A stretch of DNA of 63,828 nucleotides, filler included, from Rhabdomonas costata (GCA_019059605.1; 52 parts of 52 records of this genome joined end to end with filler, not necessarily neighbours in it); one strand, 5' to 3'; positions 11,169 to 25,520 are shown, counted from the whole stretch's first letter. Numbers and translations: made by a program. Notes: generated from the sequence alone by a model not told the origin.

Positions 11169-12297
11169 CTGTGCACACCCCGCCCGGTGTCCCCCATTAT
11201 TAATATAAAAATCTCCAAGAAACCCTCGGAAACCAGTGCAGTCTGCTTTTGCTTGGGGGTTTGAGGGCAGCGCAGGATTTTCGGTCTTTTCTGAAGGTGT
11301 TCAGCGGCCAGCATAGAATTGACAAAACCACACATGGCAACCAAGCAAAGGCGAAGACCTCAGGCCTGCTTGGGCTTTGCCCTCATGCTTTGTAATAAAA
11401 GCAACCGTGAAAGCAGAAAACTTTCTCCCGGCTGTAGCAGACGAAAACGGAATTTCCCATAAACATGAAAATAGGAGCCAAATCCAGTGGAAGAAATTAA
11501 AAGCAGCGAAGCTGGGTGACGGCCAGGACTATAGAAATCAATGAACTCGGGATGCGGTGTGCTCCAAGAAGAAATATGCCTAAAAAAGTCCAATTGCAGT
11601 GGACTCGTGGTGCGGACACCAGTCAAACTCTGAGTCCGGTGCCAGGAGTATCTCTTCGATTGGACTCCGGTACAGGTCGAGTGCGTCGTGCTCTAGGGCA
11701 ACCTGCCCTGCGCAGGCAACAGGACAACAAACATCGTGTCATATCCTTCAAAGGGGAAAAAACTTTCAAACAAGCAAAACGGTCACATTCGCAGCAGCAA
11801 ACCATAGAACAATTGGACAGGGACTACCGCGGCGCAGAAGTAACCCGACGCACAAAAGCGACTCGGAAAGATGGAGGACCGTTTGTTTACGCGGGTGATG
11901 ACCTGGTTATGAACCTGGAGCATCCAATGAACGCTTTTCTTGACTGAAGCGAATCTCCCATCATGGACGGGCATTGATGTCAGGGGCGGCGGCGAGTTAA
12001 GCAGGGTGTGGTGCACCCCTTGAACAGGTAACTCTTTGTTCCTTCCGACACCGGCCTCTTCTGAGTTGACAAACGGAACAGATCCCAAACAAAACCAAAG
12101 CAATCGTCAGCAAGTGTACCAGGCGGGGCGACTGTGGGTAGCCCAGACGCAGCGTCGGTAAGTTTTCTCCGATGACCGCTATCGGGAACACACACAANNN
12201 NNNNNNNNNNNNNNNNNNNNNNNNNNNNNNNNNNNNNNNNNTTAATTAATTAANNNNNNNNNNNNNNNNNNNNNNNNNNNNNNNNNNNNNNNNNNNN

Positions 12298-12545
12298 TTT
12301 TTATATATAAAAAAGTCTTAAAGACATCTTATGTCTTATATATATGTACATTTTTTGTACACTTATACATACACTTATACATGTATAAGTATATATGTAT
12401 ATGCTATACTACTACTACACTATACTACTTGTACAGTGTATACTACTACTAATGCTATATATACTACTCTACTACTACTAATCTATATCATAATGTACAT
12501 TTTACATCATACAAATTTGTTATGTTGTAAAAGATATCATTAATA
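12298..12545. repeat. AT-rich simple-sequence tract (TA/TAC/TACA)
   Basis: Directly visible low-complexity TATAC/TACTAC runs. Confidence 0.8.
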
Positions 12546-15500
12546 TTACAATTGTCACATATTTCTTCAATATTTCTGGAGTAAATCCTTCCCCAAGCGC
12601 CTCAGCTACTTCACCGAATTTTTGTTGCATGTTGCACGTGGCTTGGTCCGAGCAAGCCCTGCCTAATGAAGGCCACAGTTCACAGAAACTAGCCACAAAA
12701 AACAACACATCAAAATCAGCTGTTTGTTGTTCAGCCATGATATTACTGAACTTCTCGCGATGGTTCCCCACGTTGTTGTTTGTGGTGCATTTCTCACTGG
12801 GCCTGCCGGTAGCGGAGTGGTCAAACTCGACGGCTTTGACGAAACGGAACGTTCCGGTGTTCCCTCTGTGTTTTGCACACGTGTTTGCGGGATGCCAGAT
12901 TTTCTTATTCATCACCTCGAACGGAACGTTGTTGAACAATTGAAAAATGTTCTCACGAGTCTTTCCTTTGACTGTGAACGCGGCCGTGGTATGCGACATG
13001 TATCAGTTTACTGGCATACCAAGATTCGCACAAAATTCGCATCCAGTAAAGACAGATGTACTGGATGATACTAACACCGTCTGATGATCGCGGTGAGTGC
13101 ATTGGATCCGTCCACACACCATCCACTTACTTTGGTTTGATGGAACCGGAACCTTCAAGAGATACCGGGAACTTGGGGAATGGTTGCGGTACCGCTGGAG
13201 TCGCAACAGCTGTTGCAGTCATTGTAATTGGTATTTGCTTTGGCTGTTGCTTTGGCGTCTCTGTTTGCTGTGAGCTCTCTTCGGCTGGTTCTGCGTTGCA
13301 CTGTGAAGTCGTGTTTAACACAACGTCCACACAAGGCCGTCGTACGTGACATTCATGGGAGGGCGTTCGCATTCGAAAACAAGGAAATTATAAATTCCCC
13401 GACGTACATGTGAAAGCCACCAAACCNNNNNNNNNNNNNNNNNNNNNNNNNNNNNNNNNNNNNNNNNNNNTTAATTAATTAANNNNNNNNNNNNNNNNNN
13501 NNNNNNNNNNNNNNNNNNNNNNNNNNTTTTGTTGGTCACACACATACAAACTCTCCCAGCTCGTTAACAGTCACTACCCATTTATGGAATCTCATGCAGC
13601 ACGGCAGCTGGCTCAAGCATACCAAGACCAGAACAACTTTCGAGGAGTTCGCCTGCTCCTTGAGAGAGTTGTGCTCAATTCACCCAAATGATGCTAAATC
13701 ACGCCCAATCACCGAAATCACCGCAACCCATCATGCACAACCCTATAAGGAAACGGGTTTGTCAGAAGCTATTGGACGTTTCCGATGGAATTGAGGACTG
13801 GTTTTTTCTTGAAAAAAGCGATTTGAAGCAAAAAAAAATCGCCCTTATTTGATGGAATTGGGCGTTTTAGGGCAAGCCCAATCCAATCAAATGGCAAGGC
13901 AACCACGGGACAAAGACCAACGATCAGCGCAGTCATGTGAACTGGGACAGAAAGTTAGACAAGGATAAAACAATAATAAACGCGCAAATGAAAATATGGA
14001 AATAGAAAAGCCGTCGCTCACATACCACGCTGCTTCCCTTCCCCTAGAAAGAACAATGCGTATATTATCCATTGATGCAAGACCGCGCTGAAGTGCACAA
14101 TCGTTGTTCGGCTTATCATAGGCTTTCGTGCCAACATGGGACCACCTTTTTTTGCGCACCCGGGGTGGGTGTTTTTGGTGGAAGTGGAAAGGTCCACTCA
14201 ATTTGAAACTGAATGAGCCACTCTATTCTTGACAGGCGCTCGCCCTACGGTGTTCACGCTGGTTCACATTCACTCCAAACACGCCAAAAAAGTCAAACCA
14301 ACAGCCAGGACAGACCTTCAGAGACCTAATTGAGTGCGGATAAATCTCCCGCGAATACCTGGGGCACTATCACCGCGATCGTTTCCGTGGAGTTGAGGTT
14401 TGGATTGAGGCTCCTCAAAGCTGGGTCTGACCAGTGGGTCACATTTCCTGTTATTGGAAAAAAAAAACAAAAAATCGAGACCTTGCCGCATCCCAAAGTG
14501 CGCACAACAACAAGATTTGGGAATAGCAAATTAGACGGTCCCCCACCCCGTGACGCAGACCCGAGCGTAGCGATCGCTACCGAGTATACTCATTCCAGAA
14601 GTGTGTTGGTGCCTAGAATTTTAGGTGTTAAGTGTGTCAGAACCTAGAATCGCCCANNNNNNNNNNNNNNNNNNNNNNNNNNNNNNNNNNNNNNNNNNNN
14701 TTAATTAATTAANNNNNNNNNNNNNNNNNNNNNNNNNNNNNNNNNNNNNNNNNNNNGTTTTGTGGTTCTTCACTCAGGATGGCCCCCTCGCACGGTGCAG
14801 CCTCAGCTTCCAGTGAGGAGGCACCGTGCGAGGGGGCCATCCTGAGTGAAGAATCACGAAAGAGAAAAATTATACATACCTATAAGCCTCTGCGGTTGAA
14901 GCGCAGATTCTCCAGGTTTTCGGCTCCTTATTTCACGTGGAACACGTCAAACCTACAAGGTGAGAACAGAAGAAGCATTCCAACTGATTCATTCTTCCAA
15001 CTGCCCCATTCTGCTAATTGCCCCATTCTTCCAACTGGCTCATTCTTACTCATGAAAGGAGCCCTGATGAGGAAGAATGAACAGTCAATCGCAAGCACGG
15101 CGCGGAGCAGACCCGCAGCATCCCAGTGGACCGACCATGGCCACACCGTTGGCCCGCCTTTCTGCAGGCTTCTGTTGTCCTCCCAACGCCCGAGGCTGCG
15201 AAAGAAAAAGCACCAAAAATTTTCCACCGCACAGTGCATATGAACCGGAACTGTGGCGAGGAACTGGCATCTTCACAGTTTAGCTGGATCGTGTTGCTCG
15301 TTCGGGTTCTGAGTATCACACACGCTAGAAACGGAGATTGCTTTAAAAAAACATTCCCATTATTATATATCCAACTAACATTATTTTCTGCGCCTTTGGG
15401 TCTTTTAGTTGAGAGCAGCTGATTCTGAACTTCGTACTCTCTGCGTGAGAATCGGTCTCTTCAAAGACAAAAACGACAAAAACCGTTTGTGTCATTCAGA

Positions 15501-15623
15501 TGGAGGGTTTCCCATCAGACTAGCAGACTACCCAGAAAGTGAACTGAAAAAGCAACCATACATTAGTCGCAGCAAAGGAACTGAGCTGCACAAACGAAAC
15601 AAGATGCGCAGTCGACTTCGCAC

Positions 15624-15836
15624 CATTGGCTCCTGCCGGGGCGACTGCACCACTCGCTGGCCAAACCCCTGCGCCTGCAGCCGCAGCGTTAAGGTTGCCG
15701 TAGTTGATATCCAGGGCTCGGGCGACCCTGGAGGGGCTCGGCATAGCAACGGGGAGCACAGCTCGAAGTCCTGCCCAGCAACAAGCCAGCTGAGCTTGAG
15801 GTTGAGCTTGCCCACCAAGGTCTCTGGGTCCCCCGC
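15624..15836 (-). CDS. exon, hypothetical protein
   Basis: ATGCAG| ... |GTGCG boundaries; AGDPETLVGKLNLKLSWLVAGQDFELCSPLL...EPW. Confidence 0.5.
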
Positions 15837-16872
15837 CTGCATCGTCTGCATCATTACCTATGCACAAAAGGGAGCCGATGCCGCTGNNNNNNNNNNNNNN
15901 NNNNNNNNNNNNNNNNNNNNNNNNNNNNNNTTAATTAATTAANNNNNNNNNNNNNNNNNNNNNNNNNNNNNNNNNNNNNNNNNNNNTGTGTGGTGGCTAT
16001 TCTGGCGTTGACAAGCGACTTCTCATCACACAGCGGAAATGCCCTTTCAGGACTGGGCCAGACAGATTCGCTGCGCAAAACTGAGAAAGAGTTCGTTCCG
16101 CCGAAAATCGCCACAAAGTTCTTCATAGCACGTGAACGAATAGCGCGGGGAAAATATTGGAATACTTCGCTATCCCTCCAGCAATAAAAACGAGCACCCA
16201 ACAATCTCCACGTGGTTGCGGTAGACGATCAGAACGCAGGTCAACGCCAGAATAGCCAGCATCAAGACAGACATCCCCACCTCTGAGTACAAAAGACCAG
16301 GAAGGATGTGACTGGGTCAGAGGAAAGGGAAGGGGGAACGTTTTCCGCATTTGTGTCCGAAAGACTGTGCGCAACGGGCTCCCGACTCCTTGCTCTTAAA
16401 GCTTCTCACACGTATTCAGACCATGTGGCTGCAAGACAGAAAAAAGCCATGGCTGTTTAAGAATCCCCCCCCTCGCGCGCCCTCAAAGCCCTCAGCAAAA
16501 ATACTACTAGCACTTATATCCAGCAGAAAATATAAAAAACGTCAACGGTCATTCAAGGCATGCACAACCGGACGAATGAATGAACAGACTTTAGCTTGCT
16601 GCGGGAAGAAGGCGGGAGGGCACCGTGAAATGGGCAGCGGCGCAACAGATCGCTGCCCTGTGACTCGTCATGAAGCACAATTCGGACAGTGCGAACAGTG
16701 CGGCCAAGACCGCAACAAAGACAGGATCAGCAGCGGCTGAAGTGACAATTCAAACAGCACGGGTTTTTTATTGTTATAAGTTTCGCCGCACAAGATTTTC
16801 TTCACACTTTTTCCCCTACGCACGCTATTCTACGTTTATCCACACCCACGGCAAAAAGAGCGTTCAATATAC

Positions 16873-17008
16873 CGAGGGGCACTCGGGCCCCAGTGTCCTC
16901 CTTGGGGATGACATCCGCGACCTCCACGAAGTCTGTGTACTTCACCCCCTTGGACGCACAGTACGCTGTGATCTGGCTATCCTCACGGAGGATGTGGTTC
17001 ACCAGCCA
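16873..17008 (-). CDS. exon, hypothetical protein
   Basis: CTCAG| ... |GTATA boundaries; WLVNHILREDSQITAYCASKGVKYTDFVEVADVIPKEDTGARVPL, GC3-rich. Confidence 0.55.
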
Positions 17009-20000
17009 CTGAGCCCACACATAGGCGCAGCACAAAACAACGCACACAGAGCGAACTCGACGACGAACTCGACATGGTGCGGTGCCCTGCTTCGGGTCAA
17101 AGCGTCACAAACAAAANNNNNNNNNNNNNNNNNNNNNNNNNNNNNNNNNNNNNNNNNNNNTTAATTAATTAANNNNNNNNNNNNNNNNNNNNNNNNNNNN
17201 NNNNNNNNNNNNNNNNGGTGGGTTGTCCATCGCCCTCCTCAAAAACTCCGGAGAGCTGCAGGTGGAGCGTGGTGTGCAACGGGTGCGAGGGCAGGACGGC
17301 GAGATTGGTATCTGCATCTCATCTTTGTCCTCAGACTGCGACATTTGAGGGGAGGATGGGGTCCTCTGTGTGTGTTGGGCGCAGAGTGCGCTGGCTGTTG
17401 CCTGATTGACTGTTGGTGACCACTGTGGACTGACGGCGCACGCGATGCTGGCCACGGGTGCTCGCGAGTACCGCTTGAGAGAGCGGTGCCGTGGAGTACC
17501 GCCAAACGTTCCTCACACACTCGGTAACCTCCCTTCTGGGCCTTTGTCGCGCAGCTGTTCTGTTCCAGCGGCCACCCGCTCTGCTCCACTGCTGCTCGGT
17601 TTTCTGAGGCTCCGTGTTGTGTATGTGTGTGTGTCCTCCGTCTTTTTCTTTTAGTATATGCCTGAGTTTGCACAAAAGACACTGAACTGTATTCCTGCCG
17701 TAGTTGTCGGCCTGCTGACGCTGTGCTGCGTTTTTTTTGCCTTAATAACCGGGTACCCCCTTATGGCGAAAATCTTCCCATCTACAACCTGTATGTGTGT
17801 GCGCGCACCCGCGCGCGGCGCCCGCCGTGCCATATGAGGTCCTGCACGTGCTTCTCAGTTACAACCCCACCACCACCACATCCTGACATCTTTTAACGCC
17901 CGTGGGGGTATGTTGTCCTGGCCCCCCAAGTGTTTTTTTCCGTGCCGACGTGCGACAGCAAAAGTCATGGAGCACGCCTCACTCAATATTTCGTCTGTCC
18001 TCAAGGAGCGGCCCAAGCGGTGCCTATTTGTCTGCCCATGTCCGCCTCTCTCTTCTGGTTCGCCAAGGTCACGGTCCAAGCATTTCACAGCTGGACAGGT
18101 TTTTCAATGGGTGCGTGTAAGTCAGGCACGGAAAACTGAATTGAAACTGGCATAAAAAAGCAATCTCTTTTCAGAACATTTCATTCGGAGTGGCATCCCA
18201 TCCCCCCGGTGAGAATTCGGAGGAAAACTGGAAACTGGAAAAGTTTGCAAGACCAACTGTGTGAATGTGGGCGCCACTGCAGACGCAGGTGGTGGAACGG
18301 GAAAGATGTTCCTTGTTAAGAAACGCCACGCATTAACCAAAACACANNNNNNNNNNNNNNNNNNNNNNNNNNNNNNNNNNNNNNNNNNNNTTAATTAATT
18401 AANNNNNNNNNNNNNNNNNNNNNNNNNNNNNNNNNNNNNNNNNNNNAATTTTGGCCTACAAACCATCATTTTACCCCTAACGTTGGCCTTTTTAGCTGGA
18501 AAGAGCCGATTTGGGCACTTTTGTGGTTGCTGTGCAAAGCATACATGCCCCCCTTTCACCCTGTAGTCAATGTTGTTACACAATGGGACACCCAGCCTAC
18601 CATAAAAGTCAACATTGACCGAATGGTGGAAAGGGGGGTTCGAGCTGGGGAATTATTGACCCTAAAAAGTGCATTTTAAAATCGAGCTTTGTCAGTTAAT
18701 GACAGCCAGATATCACGTTTGCAGGAGAAGTTGTTTTGTAATGGCTAGGTGGGTTTGAAAAAGATTCTGTACGTGGAATGTTGATCTCATACCGGTCTTT
18801 ACCGGCTCTGTGTCTTTGTACAGAACAGCAATTGCATTTACTGAAGGACAGCTTAGAGTTGAACTGTTGCAGATGGTGTGAGAGGAAAGTGAGTATTATT
18901 AAATCTCAGAAGATCAGTGATGTACCGCTATGAAGTGTTTTCACACCAGAAGCGTTGAAGTTTCAAAGAGGCAACAGAGCTGAATATCAAGATCTTAGCT
19001 TTCACAAAAGTTGCAAAGATAAATGGAAGACATTTGCAAGGAGATGAATTTTGAGAGGAAAAACGTGTGCGACAATGGAGCGTTAGAAATGCAAGCGTGC
19101 AAAAGTGCAGAACTCAGGTTTCGAGAAAGACATGAAGATGGAAACATGGTGCGTGGAGTTTGACGAGTTGCGGTGGGCTTTGTAGAGAAGGAGAGATCCA
19201 GAAGCACTGGGAGCAGTCCAGAAGTTCACGACATGGCATTACAACGAGGAGAAGCAGACCTAGTGCGTGTTGATGCCACAAGACGCGCCAGCAGCGACCA
19301 CAAAATCTGGAAACACAGGCGTGACAAAGCAGAGTGACAACGGGAGTCCAAGGCGGATCAAAAGCATGGAATGTGGCCGCCTGAAGATGAGGTCAGCGCA
19401 AATAAAAAAGGAGGAAAAAAGAGAAGGCAATTTGTAGAAAAAGTTGTGGAAGAGTCTCGTTGCAGAGAAGAAAGCGTGGAAGTTAGAAGAGCAAGGTGAG
19501 AGACCAAATGTGTAGGTACAGTTAGTCGAGCCCAGGCAGGTGACCTGCCTGGGCTCGACTAACTGTACCACCACCCNNNNNNNNNNNNNNNNNNNNNNNN
19601 NNNNNNNNNNNNNNNNNNNNTTAATTAATTAANNNNNNNNNNNNNNNNNNNNNNNNNNNNNNNNNNNNNNNNNNNNTTGTTTGGTGGAATCATATGTTGC
19701 TTTACGTGTTGGTGTTGTGCTGTGTGCTTTGTAGGATTTCTGAGGTGACTTTTTCATTCACCATTTGAAGCGTGTGTGTGGATGTTGGCGGGGGGGGGGG
19801 GCAAGAACACGGCCTGGAGAGGTGGGTGCAAGAGTGCCATGCAGAATTTCAAAGCCACTGGTATGTGTGTGTGCGTCGTGATTGTCGGTGTACACACCTT
19901 TCATTCCCCAATGCCATTCCCTACGGCACAATCATACAGGAGCCTCAACTGAGAACAGGCACCCCCTCTCCCCCACTTCAAGCCTTCCATCTCAGGTCAC

Positions 20001-20196
20001 CTGTGATTCTCAGTCTGCCCACTGCGATGTGCCCAATGGAAAGGCCCTACAATGCGTGCATCCCCCTGAAAGGTAGTGCTTACCTCCAAAAACCCCTCCA
20101 AGCACAGCAGTTCAGGTCAAACGGCCGACTTTTGAGAATGTGACTGCCCCCTCAACCGTCCGTCTCTCCCAGCGCCCCACCCCCTTCCTTCCGTAC

Positions 20197-20519
20197 TGAG
20201 GCTCAGTGAGCACGGCGGCCAGCTCTGGGGCGCGGTCCCCGGGGTCCTCGCTGTGCAGGGCCTTGTCCAGGACGTAGTTGTGGTCGTACCCGCACCCAAA
20301 CCCCAGCTGGGGATGCGGGGAATCCACCCGGGCCCCTACCGCGGTGGGATTGCGGAAGTCGAACGGGGTGTCCTGCACCAGCGCGACCTCCCCCGTGGGC
20401 AGGTTGGTGGAGTCCGTGGGCAAGTACCGCGACGCGAACATCTGCAGCACGTGGCCCATCGCCGATCCGCTGCCGTGCCCGCCAAGGTTGAAGTAGCTGT
20501 GGTTGGTCAGGTTCAGCAC
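20197..20519 (-). CDS. GALM: aldose 1-epimerase (galactose mutarotase) exon
   Basis: NLTNHSYFNL, PTGE, TPFDF and GYDHNY motifs. CACAG| acceptor and |GTACGG donor. Confidence 0.97.
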
Positions 20520-20683
20520 CTGTGCCAAGGGAATCCGGGAACCAGAGAGCCCGGAACAGAATACTACGGCAGCACAGGTTTGCAAAACGGCAGCGAACAC
20601 TGGCGCCAAGGCACAAGGTACACGACAGATCGGAAAAAGGAAAGAAGGAAGGTTGAAGGGGGAGAGAAAGGGTTTGAGAGAGG

Positions 20684-20698
20684 GTGTGTGTGTGTGTG

Positions 20699-20742
<44 letters not shown>
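20684..20742 (+). repeat. (GT)n microsatellite; similar tracts near 9670, 21438, 33819, 36319, 47961, 48332
   Basis: Directly visible dinucleotide runs, mostly intronic. Confidence 0.95.
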
Positions 20743-20743
<1 letters not shown>

Positions 20744-21040
20744 AGAAATACAGGTGGGAATCCCGAGAGTGCGTCCAGGATGACAACCCCGGTCCTCCGG
20801 TTCCCCAAACCCCCCNNNNNNNNNNNNNNNNNNNNNNNNNNNNNNNNNNNNNNNNNNNNTTAATTAATTAANNNNNNNNNNNNNNNNNNNNNNNNNNNNN
20901 NNNNNNNNNNNNNNNTGTGTGGTGGATTAGGTGCCCCATCCACATGGAATCGGGTGGTACCATGAAAGAAGAATTGAAGAAGCTTTCTCTTGCCGTTGGT
21001 GAGTGGCACGTTTTTCTGATATAGTCCGGGTTTTTTTCAG

Positions 21041-22042
<1,002 letters not shown>

Positions 22043-22145
22043 ACNNNNNNNNNNNNNNNNNNNNNNNNNNNNNNNNNNNNNNNNNNNNTTAATTAATTAA
22101 NNNNNNNNNNNNNNNNNNNNNNNNNNNNNNNNNNNNNNNNNNNNG

Positions 22146-23144
22146 GTTGTGGTGAACTCCAAAGCAGAGGTTCTGGTGGTGCAGGAGAAGCAGTACGGGA
22201 AGCACTGGAAACTTCCCGGGGGGCTGGTGGAACCCGGGGAGGACCTGGCTAGGGCCGCGGTGCGGGAGGTCTTCGAGGAGACAGGGGTGAGGTGCCGGTT
22301 CCTCGGCCTCCTGGCAGTGCGGGAGAAGCATTTGGAGTGCATGTTTGGAAATCGCATCGGAGCTTCGCACATCGCCATATAAGTATTCCTATGGCTGAAA
22401 CCATTTTGAGGACTTTCGTTTTGGGGGTACCCCTTGTTTTCTTCATGCGACATTTCCAAGGTAGCTGGTAACGTAAAGGACGAGGGATTAATTTTTTGGA
22501 AGTGGTTTTGCACTTCCTGCTTCCCATCCTGTTCGTGGCATATTTATTGTGCAAAAGAAAGCTTGGACACAGCTTCACGCTCCTCTGCTCGACTGTTGTA
22601 TTCGTAAAAATTTCACCGCGTTGATAACTGCACATAAATGCACCCAAAAATGGATGTGCTACCGTCACCGTTTCGAATAGTAGGTGGCCTCCCGTTCGTC
22701 CTCGGGCTGCCTTCCACTGATATTCAATACGTCGCTGGTGTGCGCACTCCCGCTGCGTTTCCCGTGCCCGAGCAGCACGGCTACCTGTGGGGGCGCGATG
22801 ACCTCTACTTTGTCGCCCACCTGGAGCCCACCTCGGACGCAGAGCAAATCACGATGTGCGAGACTGAGCTCGCTGCTTGCCAATGGATGCCCCTTGAGGC
22901 CTACCTCAGCAGTGACAAGATCAACCCCATCTCCAGGCACATCGCGGCATGTGCCAAGGCTGCCGTGGCCGGAGCCTCGGCCTCTGTGGAGGTGTGCGGG
23001 GTGCAGATTCAGTACGCCCCCGCCACGGACAAGTACCACACCTTCTTCAGCCACTTGAATGGTCCCGCTCAAACGGTGCTCTCGGGGCTGTCGCTGGATT
23101 CGGCACAAAAGCCAGTCTACAAGCCCTACGAGGCTACTCTGTGA
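22146..23144 (+). CDS. Nudix hydrolase, NUDT6-like; last two exons separated by a ~447-nt non-canonical intron
   Basis: VLVVQEK...[28 protein letters not shown] (Nudix box), resuming at [13 protein letters not shown]...[13 protein letters not shown]. Stop TGA at 23142-23144. Confidence 0.93.
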
Positions 23145-23605
23145 AATTGTTTTAAGTTTTGAGGAGGGTGTGTTCATGGTGCTGCTGGTCGAATAGTGCA
23201 TGCATGCATCCACAGCTTGTCCTGTTCTTGTCTATCTATAAGACAGGATAGGCACCCCCACCCCAACCAAAGANNNNNNNNNNNNNNNNNNNNNNNNNNN
23301 NNNNNNNNNNNNNNNNNTTAATTAATTAANNNNNNNNNNNNNNNNNNNNNNNNNNNNNNNNNNNNNNNNNNNNCTAGAATGTCTTCTAACATACAGAAGG
23401 CATATGAAAGGAGTATCCTTGCTGGGAGGACAAAGCACAGGAACAGCAAAGCACCTGGCGCACACGGAGGTTGAGGTTCCATTTGCTCTCAGTCTTCGAC
23501 AGAGTGATCTCTGTGTTTTGCTTTGTGTGCCCGCCTCCATCCATCGCAGTGGTCTCTTCCCTTCCGGCGCCCAAGTCTATGTGGTGCTTTCGTTTTTTGT
23601 TTGTG

Positions 23606-23636
23606 TTGGGTTGGGGTTAGGGTTAGTGGTTAGGGT
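23606..23636 (+). repeat. short degenerate TTAGGG-like interstitial tract
   Basis: ttggg ttgggg ttaggg ttagtgg ttaggg. Confidence 0.55.
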
Positions 23637-24065
23637 GTATTGGAAACGGAAATACAGACGGCCTTGGCCGGTTTCTTACCTTGCCCATTTCTGTCACGGT
23701 TAATTCGTTTTAATAATACAGGGAGAAAGGAACACACAAACTGACAACTGTATTTTGGACGCTCGTAAAAAGATACGGGATGCAGCATGCAGTTCCAGCC
23801 GCGTGCAGGGACAGGGGCGGGGTTGATTGAACGGAGTGATTTCACGGGGTCATTATCATTTGCGGCAGAATGCGTAGAAGCTCGGTCCGTAGAAGGCAGC
23901 CATGCACCTCAATTTCGAAAATTCCCTATTTCAGGCAGCCCTATGTCATGTTCTTGAAACTGCGTTTCTACGCTTCTGCGGCCAAAGAACAACACAAGAT
24001 GCAAGAGAACTACACAGGCAGAGGATGGCAGCGGCGAGAAGAGGATTCATGGAAAAGGACCACAC

Positions 24066-24330
24066 CTCGTTGCACAGCTGGTACAGACAGAAGCCCCGGC
24101 TGCCGCCCTCCCAGGGCGCCGTGAAGGGGCGTTCTGGTGCCCCCCCGGAGCTAGCGCGCTGCAGGGTAGCCCCCACCGCGGCTAACCCGGCACAGGCCTT
24201 GAGCATGTCCGGGGTGACGTTGAAGTTCAGCCACTGCGCCTTCAGCCGCACCGAGCACAGCCAGCTCTGCTCGGCCTCCCCTCCCCCGCTGCCCACCGGC
24301 CCAGAGCTCACAGGGTCCCTGGACACCGAC
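24066..24330 (-). CDS. exon, probable VPS13-family protein
   Basis: QWLNFNVTPDML...YQLCNE| resembles the VPS13 repeat pattern LNxNVT..ML...Y.I.N.TG. CCCAG| and |GTGTG boundaries. Confidence 0.5.
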
Positions 24331-25460
24331 CTGGGAGAGACCAAAAGGAAACCCCGAACCAGGGCAAGGAACAGGGCTGACACGCACCAAGTTATTTCGG
24401 GCATGGCAAGCACAGTTGCCGCTTTGCCAAGGTTGCTAACGATCAAGGCCACCGGGTCATTACAATGACCCAAATCTGCACAACACGGCACACAAAAACA
24501 ACCNNNNNNNNNNNNNNNNNNNNNNNNNNNNNNNNNNNNNNNNNNNNTTAATTAATTAANNNNNNNNNNNNNNNNNNNNNNNNNNNNNNNNNNNNNNNNN
24601 NNNCGGCACGACACCTGACGATGGGGGCACAGATCCGGAGACCGGCATAGGAGGCGATGATTGATGCGGGAGGATACCTCACAACGATCATATATGCTCT
24701 GCACATCCCCCCCTCCCGAGCTTCCAGAAAACATTTGGAGATTTCGGATCCAAAAGAATACAGTCTAATCTCAAACGTTATGTTGGTTGCAACGGCATTT
24801 CATGGGGCCAACTGACGAAAACTAATTAGGCCAACAACAGTAATACTCGAATGCTCGAAGACCAGAATACCTGGTATGGTATAAGGTTAAAAAAAAATTG
24901 AGGTAAGCAACCACGAGTCATGCCATAAGCATACCAAAACTAAACCCATTCTCTAAAAAATAGGCATCCACACGCAAACCTGGGGGGCCAACAAAGACCA
25001 CGATGAACGGCTTCCCTTTGACATCACCCCCAGCTCCCTGCTCCATTGGCAGGGTTGCCTCCCGATTGGGGTGAAAAACAGGCTCTTTCTTCTATCTGTC
25101 TACCGACAGTCGGCGCTTCTTCCACTAATGAATAAGTGGAAGGGAGCGGATGAGAGAAGAAATCCAACAAAGAAATTGTCCGTGAGAATGGCTCGGGCCC
25201 AGTGCCTGCCCGCAAAACCCGCCAGTGCTTGGCTCACGGTAATGGAGCGATCAGAGGAGGGGAGGGTTCTCCAAGAAGGAGAGGCGGAACTATGCACGGA
25301 AAATAGAAAGGACAAACAGAAAAAAGTCTGCAGGGATCAGAAACTCCAACAAAACAAGACTCGGACACAGAAAATCGGGTGCATTCTCAAATCAAAGATA
25401 TCTAGCGCATCATTGTTGGTCCATGCGCCAATTACGGTACTTCGGCTAGACTGTAAACAG

Positions 25461-25520
25461 AGCCCAAGCCCAAGCCCAAGCCCAAGCCCAAGCCCAAGCC
25501 CAAGCCCAAGCCCAAGCCCA
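25461..25520 (+). repeat. (AGCCCA)10 hexanucleotide repeat
   Basis: Perfect tandem array. Confidence 0.95.

Noticed and set aside
23606-23636. Telomere
   Set aside because: Only about five degenerate units, internal to the contig.
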